Source: Lachnospiraceae bacterium | GTDB taxonomy: Bacteria > Bacillota > Clostridia > Lachnospirales > Lachnospiraceae | Length of the DNA: 64,000 bases | NCBI GenBank assembly: GCA_045130455.1 | Contig: JBGUPV010000155.1 | Location: 22,890 to 86,889 of the forward strand | Direction of reading: 5' to 3' | Shown here: positions 28,073 to 36,054 of the stretch, in pieces | How the letters are laid out: the number at the start of each line of letters is the position of its first letter | How positions within the stretch are numbered: position 1 is the first letter of the stretch | Made by a program: the position numbers and the translations under genes | The notes under the pieces: generated by a model | What the model saw: the letters and a program-made list of their open reading frames with translations, nothing else | Told to the model about the DNA's origin: nothing | The model's database searches: none

Positions 28073-28270
28073 TTACAGATACGGTAAGATCTTCTTCATG
28101 TTTGCTTCGCTCGTATGATCCGTGATCGTAGCTTTTCTGAGATTTCTCTTCATCTTGGTCGTCTTCTTCGTCAAGATGTGCTGCTTTCCGGCCTTCATTC
28201 TCTTGAGCTTTCCGGTACCTGTCTTGGAAAAACGTTTCGCAGCGGAGCTGCTGGTCTTCATTTTCGGCAT
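28073..28270 (-). CDS. rpmI: 50S ribosomal protein L35
   Basis: [36 protein letters not shown]... is a canonical L35 sequence. AGGAGG RBS. Confidence 0.97.
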   Translation of the reverse strand: MPKMKTSSSAAKRFSKTGTGKLKRMKAGKQHILTKKTTKMKRNLRKATITDHTSEANMKKILPYL

Positions 28271-28288
28271 AGTGAATATCCTCCTGAT

Positions 28289-28846
28289 CTATTCATTTTC
28301 TTTGTTTGCGGCGGCCTTCTTGTCCTGCGTCTTCTTCTCGGACAGGATCATCGTCAGGTTACGACCTTCCAGTTTGGCTGCCTTATCGATCACAGCGCAG
28401 TCCGAGAGCTTTTCGCAAAATGCCATCATGATCTCGAGACCTGCCTGCTGATGCGCCATCTCACGACCGCGGAAGCGCAGTGCGACTTTGACTTTGTTGC
28501 CCTTCTCCAGGAACTTACGAGCCATGCCCGCCTTCGTGTTCATGTCGTTGTCGGCAATCGTCACGGAGAGCTGAACTTCCTTGATCTCCGTTGTCTTCTG
28601 CTTCTTGCGATTCTCCTTGGCTTTGCGCATCGCCTCATAGCGGAACTTGCTGTAGTCAACCGTTCTGCATACGGGCGGCTTGGCGGTAGGAGCTATCAGA
28701 ACCAGATCGAGATTGGCATCATTTGCGATCTTCTGCGCTTCGACAAGCGACATGATTCCGAGAGTCTCACCGTTTTCACCGAGAACGCGAACTTCCTTCG
28801 CGCGGATCTGCTCATTGATCAAATATTCGTTGCTAATAGCTCACAC
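28289..28846 (-). CDS. infC: translation initiation factor IF-3 (ATT start codon)
   Basis: The IF-3 N- and C-domains are recognisable (INEQIRAKEVRVLGENGE...LDLVLIAPTAKPPVCRTVDYSKFRYE...). An in-frame ATT (rc of 28844-28846) lies 8 nt after AGGAGG and gives ISNEYLINEQIR. infC classically uses a non-canonical autoregulated start. Confidence 0.92.
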
Positions 28847-29033
28847 CTCCTCGTGTGTTACTCTTTTGCAATAAAAAAGAGTGGATAACTGACGTATCCA
28901 CTCAAAACAGACCTAACCCATACGGATTTCGGTAAATGTCTTATGTTGACCTCTTCGCGCGATTGCTTGAGGCGAGAGCGGATACTCTGCTTCGTGTGTC
29001 AGGCCCGTGCCGCACGCGGCATCTCCCGACAGC
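28847..29033 (-). promoter_or_regulatory. infC leader with internal attenuator hairpin (L20-leader-like)
   Basis: A 5' UTR of about 185 nt lies between the promoter and infC. It contains GAGTGGATA-CGTCAGT-TATCCACTC followed by TTTTTTATT (rc of 28872-28903). This matches the L20-mediated attenuation architecture known from Bacillus. The family assignment has not been checked against a covariance model. Confidence 0.6.
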
Positions 29034-29039
29034 AAACCG

Positions 29040-29068
29040 ATGATATCACACCCGTTCCCGCTTGTCAA
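29040..29068 (-). promoter_or_regulatory. sigma-70-type promoter of infC operon
   Basis: Minus strand: TTGACA (rc of 29063-29068), a 17-nt spacer, then TATCAT (rc of 29040-29045). Confidence 0.65.
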
Positions 29069-29095
29069 GCATTATTTGCGAAAGAAAACCGCGGC

Positions 29096-29887
29096 TTATC
29101 GCTCCCTGTCGGCAAATGCGTTGCGGGTTCTCTTGATGCAGATCATCTCGAACACCATGAGGATGATCCCCGTGATCCTGTGAAGCATCAGGTTGAATCG
29201 GTAAATGTTCTCGATGCGCAGGTTCATTTTCCGCTCGTCCGCATAGTTGAGGAACTTATCCGTCTCAAGCTTGCGCTCATTGTACTCGCCGACGACCGAC
29301 AATATAAGCGCCAGCGCCACTGCCGCCAGGCACACGATGATCGTCTTTTTCCAGAGACCTTCCCAGCTCTCATAAACCCGGTTCATCCCGCCGGCAGCCT
29401 CCCTCATGGCCTCGCTGTAAAGCAGCCGGAACAGGATCGCCACCGCTGCCGAGATCAGCACGTACTCCATCCCGACCGCCAGGTAGGCTCCCTTGCCGCT
29501 CATATAGCCGAGCGAGAACGTCGACAAGACTATCTCGCCGAACAATCCCAACAGGCCGGCCGCCAGAATTCCCGTGTTCAGCGAATAGAGCCGGATCAGC
29601 ACCGTATAGTACACGAGCAGCATGATGATCGGGATCACCGAGACAAACATCGCTACCGTAACATGATTCTCCAGGAATTCGATCACGTTCGCAAAAAACT
29701 TGATCTTCGGCTCGGAAAAACTGTCCGTATTGTACATGCGGGTCAGATTGTTGAAAATGTGGAACGAGTTGAGCACGAGTACCCACGCCTCAACGATGAT
29801 AAAAGCAAGCAGCGCGTGCTGCAGATGGCGGAGTTTCGTTCCCGCATCGCGGTAATCCGCAGGTGTCATTTCTCCTCTGTTGTTCAT
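29096..29887 (-). CDS. polytopic membrane protein, unknown function (paralog of 29920..30729)
   Basis: 263 aa. ATG with a GGGGGGA RBS. About 6 hydrophobic helices. Shares LYSLNTGILAAG / LHKFNSGTLVAG and SEAMREAAGGMNRVYESWEGLW / TAMSEATRDFSMPASGLWEGL blocks with its neighbour. Confidence 0.7.
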   Translation of the reverse strand: MNNRGEMTPADYRDAGTKLRHLQHALLAFIIVEAWVLVLNSFHIFNNLTRMYNTDSFSEPKIKFFANVIEFLENHVTVAMFVSVIPIIMLLVYYTVLIRLYSLNTGILAAGLLGLFGEIVLSTFSLGYMSGKGAYLAVGMEYVLISAAVAILFRLLYSEAMREAAGGMNRVYESWEGLWKKTIIVCLAAVALALILSVVGEYNERKLETDKFLNYADERKMNLRIENIYRFNLMLHRITGIILMVFEMICIKRTRNAFADRER

Positions 29888-29919
29888 AGTGATTTGTCCC
29901 CCCTTGTTATATCAGCCGG

Positions 29920-30729
29920 TCAATATCGTAACCGGGAATTATCCTCCTTCGGATACAGGATTTCCGCGGTTTCCAGCAGGCAGGTCCGCTCACGCACCTG
30001 CAGGATCAGATCCACGATCGAAGAAACCATGACGATCACCATAAGAAGCACCACCATCGCCCTTGTTTTGTTCAAAACTTCCTCGTAGGAAATATCCGCG
30101 CTCTGAATGTCTTTGACAAACTTATCCAGAAGCAGCTTCAGCAAAAAGACCAACACCGCGGATATCACGCTCACGATGCGCGACAGATCCCTCAATCCTT
30201 CCCAAAGTCCGGAAGCCGGCATCGAAAAATCCCTTGTTGCCTCGGACATTGCCGTGCAGTAAGTCCAACGATACGCCAGACCCAGAGCTAACATGAACAA
30301 ACAGCTGATCAAGGCAGAATCGAGTGTTGCCGAAACATTCGTTCTTACGTCAGTGCTGCCGGCCGAAGCGATCGATGACGCGGTACTGTTTACCTCGGAG
30401 AACACCATGGTTGCCAGGAGGAAAACACCGGCGACCAGAGTGCCGCTGTTGAATTTGTGGAGGTTCATAAGTTCCACGCAATACAGAATCGCCACGCACA
30501 CGCAGAATACCGCCAACAAGATCGTAATGCTGCTGTGATCCGACAGGAATCGAATGCTCTTCTCCGCAGACTCGTTCTCGTACAGGGCAAGTATGCTGAC
30601 CAGCGGTATCAGAATTGCCGATACAAACACGGCGATCATCCAAACGCCGAGTATTGTCCGCATTTTCATAAGTCTCGCACGGACATCCTCGCACTCAAAA
30701 GCCGTCATTTTCCCTTTGTTTTCATTCAT
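29920..30729 (-). CDS. polytopic membrane protein, unknown function (paralog of 29096..29887)
   Basis: 269 aa. ATG with a GGAGGGGG RBS. Same topology and shared motifs as the downstream paralog. Confidence 0.7.
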   Translation of the reverse strand: MNENKGKMTAFECEDVRARLMKMRTILGVWMIAVFVSAILIPLVSILALYENESAEKSIRFLSDHSSITILLAVFCVCVAILYCVELMNLHKFNSGTLVAGVFLLATMVFSEVNSTASSIASAGSTDVRTNVSATLDSALISCLFMLALGLAYRWTYCTAMSEATRDFSMPASGLWEGLRDLSRIVSVISAVLVFLLKLLLDKFVKDIQSADISYEEVLNKTRAMVVLLMVIVMVSSIVDLILQVRERTCLLETAEILYPKEDNSRLRY

Positions 30730-30767
30730 GTATGCCTACCCCCTCCGATTGTACCCCGACCTGATGT

Positions 30768-31115
30768 CTAGCCGAGTCGGGGCGTGATCAACGGCTCATC
30801 CCAGTTGATCGTTCCTCCCAGTTCTGCCGCGAGCGCATCCGCATGCTCACGCAGGGTTTCCGTCTCCAGGTACTGCGCATCGCGCTTCTTTGTGCGGCGT
30901 CCCTTGCCCTCGTAAGCGATCTCGCTGACATACGCATCGTAGCTGATCGCGAAATCCTCCTCGTCGTCATGCGGGAAGAAATTGACGCTGTACTCGTACG
31001 TGATCTGTCCCGCGTCCGAAGTCGCCGTCAGCTTGACGACCGCCGCGTGCCGGTCGCGCTCGTTGAAGGTGCAGGTTGCTTCGTAGTAGCATTCAAAAAC
31101 ATCGATCACTTTCAT
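30768..31115 (-). CDS. small cytoplasmic hypothetical protein (115 aa)
   Basis: The start is moved to the ATG at 31113-31115 (MKVIDVFECYYEATCTF...), 5 nt after the proC stop. The track start at 31160 overlaps proC. Confidence 0.6.
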   Translation of the reverse strand: MKVIDVFECYYEATCTFNERDRHAAVVKLTATSDAGQITYEYSVNFFPHDDEEDFAISYDAYVSEIAYEGKGRRTKKRDAQYLETETLREHADALAAELGGTINWDEPLITPRLG

Positions 31116-31120
31116 CTTAC

Positions 31121-31942
31121 TCACCCGTTCTTCTTTTTGTTCATGATGGCATCGATGCACTCGATGCAGGCCGAGCGGAACCCTGCCTTCTCAAGGGCCG
31201 CAACACCACAGATCGTGGTTCCCGAAGGCGAGCAGACCGCATCCTTCAAAACGCCGGGATGTTCGCCGGTCACCTGCTGCAGTTTCGCGCTGCCGAGGAC
31301 GGTCTGTGCCACGAGCTGGTACGCCGTCGGGCGCGAAATGCCGTATTTGACGGCCGCGTCCGCGAACGCTTCCATGTACACGTCGACAAATGCGGGACCG
31401 CAGCCGCTGATCACTCCGCCGATGCCCATCAGGTGCGTCGGCAGTTCCACGACAACGCCGAGTCCCTCGAAGAGGAGCTTCATCTCCGCAAGCTCCGACG
31501 CCTCCAGGCTGCCGGCTTCCTCGAACAGGAACACGCCCTCGCCGACCATCGCAGGCGTGTTTGGCATCATGCACTGCACACGGACCGGGATCGTCTCCGT
31601 CGCCGGAATCCCGAGGACTTCCGCGATCGCCGTGTCAAATGTCTCCTTCGTCCAGCCGGCCGCGATCGACCACAGAGCCTTGCCCTTCAACTCCTCGCCG
31701 AGCTCGGAGAGAACGCTCTTAATCTGGTACGGCTTGCACGCGATCACCACCGTATCCGACGCGCGGACCGCCTCCGCCGCGCTGGCCATCGGCCGAAAGC
31801 CGATTCTGGCCGCGTTGTTCGCGAGCTTCTGCTGGTGCGGTGCGAACGCGCACATCTCGTCGGCCGCGACAAGGCCTTTCTTCACCCAGCCTTCCGCGAT
31901 GGCAAGAGCCATATTGCCCATTCCCAGGAATCCGATCTTCAT
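31121..31942 (-). CDS. proC: pyrroline-5-carboxylate reductase
   Basis: N-terminal Rossmann motif MKIGFLGMGNMALAI, with the conserved C-terminal block VCSPSGTTICGVAALEKAGFR typical of ProC. Confidence 0.9.
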   Translation of the reverse strand: MKIGFLGMGNMALAIAEGWVKKGLVAADEMCAFAPHQQKLANNAARIGFRPMASAAEAVRASDTVVIACKPYQIKSVLSELGEELKGKALWSIAAGWTKETFDTAIAEVLGIPATETIPVRVQCMMPNTPAMVGEGVFLFEEAGSLEASELAEMKLLFEGLGVVVELPTHLMGIGGVISGCGPAFVDVYMEAFADAAVKYGISRPTAYQLVAQTVLGSAKLQQVTGEHPGVLKDAVCSPSGTTICGVAALEKAGFRSACIECIDAIMNKKKNG

Positions 31943-31999
31943 AGTTTCACCTTTTGCTGCGGAAAATGTTCCGCCACACCTTTCTGTCTGTATTTTCCA

Positions 32000-32024
32000 A
32001 GGCGCCGGAGCAGGTCCGGCGCCT
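32000..32024 (-). other. perfect 10-bp GC-rich hairpin between the NADAR-Macro gene and proC (no U-tract)
   Basis: AGGCGCCGGA-GCAGG-TCCGGCGCCT. On the minus strand it is followed by TGGAAAATAC, so it is not a canonical terminator. It may be a partial terminator or an RNA-stability element. Confidence 0.5.
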
Positions 32025-32033
32025 CGATCAAAC

Positions 32034-35000
32034 TCAGTTCTTTCCGCTCAGGATCTCGCGGTACATGGTAAATGTCCGCTCGTCCGCGCTCACAAAGATT
32101 ACCTTGATATTGTAATCCGGATGTCTGCGCATCCAGTTCTGAACCGTCTTGCTCGCCACCATGGTCGCCGCACGGAGCGGGTATCCGAAATATCCGGTGG
32201 AGATCGGCGGGAACGCGATCGAATGCAGGTCGTAGCGGACCGCGAGATTGAGGCAGTTCTCGTAGCACATCGTGAGGTAGACCGGATCGGTGTCGTCGCC
32301 GGAATACTTCGGTCCCACGGTATGGATGACGAACTGCGCCTTCAGGCGGTAGCCGCGGCTGATCTTTGCCCGGCCGACATCGCATCCCTTGAGTGCAGCG
32401 CACTCGCGCATCAGCTCCGGACCGCCGGCCTTGAGGATCGTATTGTCCACGCCCGGTCCGCCGAGCAATGTATTGTTGGTCGCGTTGACAATGGCATCGC
32501 AATCCATTGCCGCGATATTTCCTCTCTTGATGACGATCTCGCTTCGGATCTCGTCTCGGTATGTCGGTGCCTTGGCCTGTGCAGGCTCCGGCGCGGGTTT
32601 CTGCTCCGGCGTGGGCTCTGCCGCCTTCTTCGGCTGCTCCGTCACGGCTTCCGCAGGCTTGACTGAAGTCTTCTTCACAGTCTCCGCTGCGTCCGGCTGC
32701 TCCGCGGGCTTTGCCGCTGCCTTGGCCGCCTTCTTGGAAGCCGCCGAGCGCGAGAGCATCGATGCTTCCGCCGCCGTCTTCTCTGCGGCTGCCTTTGCTT
32801 CCGCTTCGGCTTTCTCCTTCGCCGCTTTCTCTTTCGCAGCCTTCTCCGCCGCTGCCTTCTCGGCCTTGGCTTTCTCCTTCGCGGCCTTCTCCGCCGCTGC
32901 CCTTGCCTCTGCCTCGACCTTCTCCCTCGCGGCTTTCTCCTTCGCAGCCTTCTCCGCTGCGGTCTTCTCAGCCGCGGCCTTTGCCTCCGCTGCCGCCTTG
33001 GCCTCCGCCGCTTCCGCTGCCGCCTTCGCCGCCTTTGCTTCCGCTGCTGCCTTCGCCTCCGCGAGCTTTGCTTCCGCTGCCGCTGCCTTAGCCTCCGCTG
33101 CCTTTGCTTCCGCCGCAGCCTTTGCTTCCGCTGCCTTCGCTTCCGCCGCAGCCTTTGCTTCCGCTACCTTCGCCGCCGCTGCCGCCTTGGCTTCCTCGGC
33201 CTTGGCTTTCGCTGCTGCAGCCTTTGCCTCCGCAGCCTTTGCCTCCGCAGCCTTTGCTTCCGCTGCTGCCGCTGCTGCCTCCGCTGCTGCCGCCTTGGCT
33301 TCCGCAGCCTCTTTCTCCGCTGTCTTCGTCGCGGCTGCGACTTCCGGACTTTCCGCGGTCTCGGCTGTATTCTCTTCCGTCACGCCCGATCCGGCAGCTT
33401 CCGCTGCCCCGGGCGCCTCACCTGCTTCTTCGTTTTCCGCCGGTTTCGCAACATTTTCCCCGGCAAGTGCTTCGTCCCCGGCAGCCGCTTCATTCTCCGC
33501 TGTGGGACCATCCGTCTTCCCGGCAGGTGCCTCCGCGGCATCCCCGGCCGCCGCCTCTTCCTCACCGCTTTCAGCCGCCGCAGGTTCTTCCGCTGCTACC
33601 TCAGCCGCCATCACCGGCTCATCCACGATCTCGATGGTCGCGGCTGCGACGCCGGATCCTTCAACCGGAATATCCTCATTTTCCGAAGGAAGGGTCTCAT
33701 CATAGCGAACGACGACTTCCTCGTCCTCCTCGGGACCGTCCACGATCTCGAACTCTACCGGCCGGATCGTCTCCGGAACGGACTCCGTCGCATCCGGCGT
33801 GATCTCTGCCTCGCTCACGCCCTCCGACGCGAACTCGCGCATCGACTGCCAGCCGAAGCCGCTCTCGCTGCCCACCGACGACGAGCCGATGTTGGTCGCA
33901 AGCTCCTCGTCGTCGCGCCTCACGCGGAAATCCAGGTCGAGCTCCGGCTCCTCCGGGACAAACGAAACATATGTCTCGGGCGCGGACGTCGTGCCGGGAT
34001 CGGTCGAAGCCGCATATGCCTCGCCGTACCCGAAGTCCTCGCGCGGACGGAACGTAAACGAAATATGCTCCTCCTGCGTATCCTCCGCCTCTTCCTCGTA
34101 CGTCTCCGTGTCGGGAAGGGTATCCTCGAACAGACCGTCCTCGCGGTTGATCTGATCCAGCAAAGCGCTTGGATTGCGCAGCCCGCCCTGGTAGCGGATC
34201 ATGTCAAATAAATCCTGCTTCATCTCAAAGAAGCCGGCCTTCGGAAGCCCCGCGCTCTTACCGCTGCGAAGCATCCACTCCAGTTCCTCAAACGTATAGT
34301 TGGCTACATTGAGGTCCTCGTACGAACGACCGCGGCGAAGGGCGTACAGCACCGCCTCCATCCACGTCGAAACGATCTCCGAAACATACGGCAGCATGCA
34401 CGCTTCCGTGATGCGCATGTTCCAGACGGACTCGCTCTCATCCGCACCGCCGTCGGCGTTCTCGGTTGCGTCCAGCGAGAGGTCGTACGCCGACTCCCCG
34501 CCGATCGAAGCCATCACGCTCCTGCGGATGCGGTCCGTCTCCTCGCTGTCGTTCCGCCGGCCGACCTTGACCGGCTGCGGCGCACGAAGATCCACCGCGT
34601 CAACATATGTCGTAACCGAGGATCCGGCCACGGCGCACCATGCCCGAAGGTCCTCGCGGACACGCATCAGCGTACGGCCGAGAATGTTGCGGCCTTTCCA
34701 CTCCTTCGGATCCGAGCTTCGCGAATCCTCCACGTCCAATCCGACACCCCACACGAGATCGCGCGGCGTGCATTCCGCGAGCAGAGCGTTGCCCGTGTCG
34801 AGCAGCGCCAGCAAAAGCTCCGGATTCTGCTGGAATTTGGCACGGATGCCCCTGCGCAGTATCTGCAGGCGCACGGATTTCCAAAGCGCGTCGTTGTAAC
34901 GCGCCACCTTGTTGCCGAGTTCCTTGATCCGCGGAAGTTCCTTCGTCTCCATGATCTCGTCCGCGATCTCGATGTCGCCGAAGATCATCGCTTTCTGGAA

Positions 35001-35123
35001 CATCATATACTGTTCCACGGAATGGTACACGCGCCCCGCATACATGAAATCTGCGGGATACCAGTTGCTCAGGTACCCGTTCGCATCTTCCGGATCATAG
35101 AACCGGATAACCCCATTGGTCAT
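32034..35123 (-). CDS. NADAR (YbiA/DUF1768) - helical repeat - Macro domain fusion protein
   Basis: The start is placed at the ATG at 35121-35123 (MTNGVIRFYDPEDANGYLSNWY), which has GAGGAGAG directly upstream. NADAR motifs: YHSVEQYMMFQKA, DLVWGVGL, GRNILGRTLMRVR. A central Ala/Glu/Lys repeat of about 230 aa follows. C-terminal Macro motifs: DAIVNATNNTLLGGPGVDNTILKAGG and IAFPPISTGYFGYP. Confidence 0.88.
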   Translation of the reverse strand: MTNGVIRFYDPEDANGYLSNWYPADFMYAGRVYHSVEQYMMFQKAMIFGDIEIADEIMETKELPRIKELGNKVARYNDALWKSVRLQILRRGIRAKFQQNPELLLALLDTGNALLAECTPRDLVWGVGLDVEDSRSSDPKEWKGRNILGRTLMRVREDLRAWCAVAGSSVTTYVDAVDLRAPQPVKVGRRNDSEETDRIRRSVMASIGGESAYDLSLDATENADGGADESESVWNMRITEACMLPYVSEIVSTWMEAVLYALRRGRSYEDLNVANYTFEELEWMLRSGKSAGLPKAGFFEMKQDLFDMIRYQGGLRNPSALLDQINREDGLFEDTLPDTETYEEEAEDTQEEHISFTFRPREDFGYGEAYAASTDPGTTSAPETYVSFVPEEPELDLDFRVRRDDEELATNIGSSSVGSESGFGWQSMREFASEGVSEAEITPDATESVPETIRPVEFEIVDGPEEDEEVVVRYDETLPSENEDIPVEGSGVAAATIEIVDEPVMAAEVAAEEPAAAESGEEEAAAGDAAEAPAGKTDGPTAENEAAAGDEALAGENVAKPAENEEAGEAPGAAEAAGSGVTEENTAETAESPEVAAATKTAEKEAAEAKAAAAEAAAAAAEAKAAEAKAAEAKAAAAKAKAEEAKAAAAAKVAEAKAAAEAKAAEAKAAAEAKAAEAKAAAAEAKLAEAKAAAEAKAAKAAAEAAEAKAAAEAKAAAEKTAAEKAAKEKAAREKVEAEARAAAEKAAKEKAKAEKAAAEKAAKEKAAKEKAEAEAKAAAEKTAAEASMLSRSAASKKAAKAAAKPAEQPDAAETVKKTSVKPAEAVTEQPKKAAEPTPEQKPAPEPAQAKAPTYRDEIRSEIVIKRGNIAAMDCDAIVNATNNTLLGGPGVDNTILKAGGPELMRECAALKGCDVGRAKISRGYRLKAQFVIHTVGPKYSGDDTDPVYLTMCYENCLNLAVRYDLHSIAFPPISTGYFGYPLRAATMVASKTVQNWMRRHPDYNIKVIFVSADERTFTMYREILSGKN
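32770..33330 (-). repeat. in-frame GC-rich coding repeats (about 21-nt units) encoding (AEAKAAA)n / (EKAAK)n
   Basis: Runs such as gcctttgcttccgccgcagcc and gcctttgcttccgctgccttc recur throughout. The minus-frame translation is ...AEAKAAEAKAAEAKAAAAKAKAEEAKAAAAAKVAEAKAAAEAKAAEAKAAAEAKAAEAKAAAAEAKLAEAKAAAEAKAAK.... Boundaries are approximate. Confidence 0.8.
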
Positions 35124-35187
35124 ATTCTCTCCTCTTCCGGTCATGCGGCCGTTTCCCCATGAAATTGCCGACAAGTCCCTTTCTGCT

Positions 35188-35216
35188 ATTGTACCGCAGG
35201 AAGCGCGAGTTATCAA
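35188..35216 (-). promoter_or_regulatory. sigma-70-type promoter of the NADAR-Macro gene
   Basis: Minus strand: TTGATA (rc of 35211-35216), a 17-nt spacer, then TACAAT (rc of 35188-35193). It lies directly after the upstream terminator. Confidence 0.6.
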
Positions 35217-35218
35217 GC

Positions 35219-35249
35219 AAAAAAGAGCCCTCGGCAGTGCCGGGGCCCT
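35219..35249 (-). terminator. intrinsic terminator after the acyl-ACP thioesterase gene
   Basis: Minus strand: GGGCCCCGG-CACTG-CCG(A)GGGCTC, a 9-bp stem with one bulge, followed by TTTTTTG. Confidence 0.65.
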
Positions 35250-35273
35250 TCGGAAAATGAATCAAAAACCGTT

Positions 35274-35981
35274 TTACTGTTCCACCTCGACGATGCAGGC
35301 CGGGCCGTCCGTCATAAGCGCGATGACCGTGCGCTCATTTTCCGCGCTCACGACCGGTGTGATCGACTCGCCGGGACGCACCTGTTTCCTGTATTCGACG
35401 CGCAGCCCGACGATGGAAATGTCCTTCGGCAGATAGCTCATGGCCAGGTGGACAAACTGACCGTTGTTCACATGGCCGTTGTTGTCGAGCATGTATTCCT
35501 GAACCGGAACCGCGGGATATTCCTTCCCGCCCTCCGGGATCGCGATCTTGCGGCCCCTGCTCTCAAAGAGCGGCCCGTCGCCGAGCGGATACTTTGCCGC
35601 GATGTCCTCCGTGACCCGCGTCATCCGCATCTCCGCCGTGTTCATCAGCGCCCACTGCGCATTTGCCTCCGCCAGGATCTCCCCGTCCGCCGTCCTCATG
35701 TACACGGCACGGTTGCCGAGCATGCCGCGGAACGAATACGGGTACGTGCCCACAACGATGCGCTCGCACAGCCGCGGGAGCCGGCGGATCCGCACGTCCC
35801 ATGAGACAAGAAACCATGCCATGTTTCTCGGTCCGAGCTCCTTCGTCCCGACACCGAGCATCTCGCTCTGCTCGATCGCCGCGTCCTGAAAATAATCGAT
35901 CAACGCGGGTATCGTCAGCTTCAGCTCGCGATCAACCCTGCTGTAGCGGATCGTATCCTCATATTCATAGGCAACCACCAT
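35274..35981 (-). CDS. acyl-ACP thioesterase
   Basis: 235 aa with a GGGGGAG RBS. Double hot-dog pattern: YSRVDRELKLTIPALIDYFQDAAIEQSE...WFLVSWDVRIRRLP...NGHVNNGQFVHLA...LRVEYRKQVRPGE. This is typical of the FatA/FatB-like bacterial family. Confidence 0.8.
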   Translation of the reverse strand: MVVAYEYEDTIRYSRVDRELKLTIPALIDYFQDAAIEQSEMLGVGTKELGPRNMAWFLVSWDVRIRRLPRLCERIVVGTYPYSFRGMLGNRAVYMRTADGEILAEANAQWALMNTAEMRMTRVTEDIAAKYPLGDGPLFESRGRKIAIPEGGKEYPAVPVQEYMLDNNGHVNNGQFVHLAMSYLPKDISIVGLRVEYRKQVRPGESITPVVSAENERTVIALMTDGPACIVEVEQ

Positions 35982-36000
35982 AGCTGCTCCCCCTTTTGCA

Positions 36001-36040
36001 CAATCAAAGAACGCTCCCGCGTTGCACCCCGGAAGCGTCC
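36001..36040 (-). terminator. probable terminator after the acyl-CoA ligase gene
   Basis: Minus strand: GGACGCTTCC-(12-nt loop)-GGGAGCGTTC, a 10-bp stem with 2 G-U pairs, followed by TTTGATTG. Confidence 0.45.
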
Positions 36041-36054
36041 TGTCTTTCTCATTC

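Noticed and set aside
23321-32666. Plus-strand ORFs 23321..24775, 24806..27064, 27071..28087 and 30843..32666, and similar antisense ORFs at 36022..39226 and 61778..62776.
   Set aside because: Same reasoning as above. They overlap well-supported genes on the opposite strand, including rplT, proC, the acyl-CoA ligase and an ABC transporter, and have no independent support.
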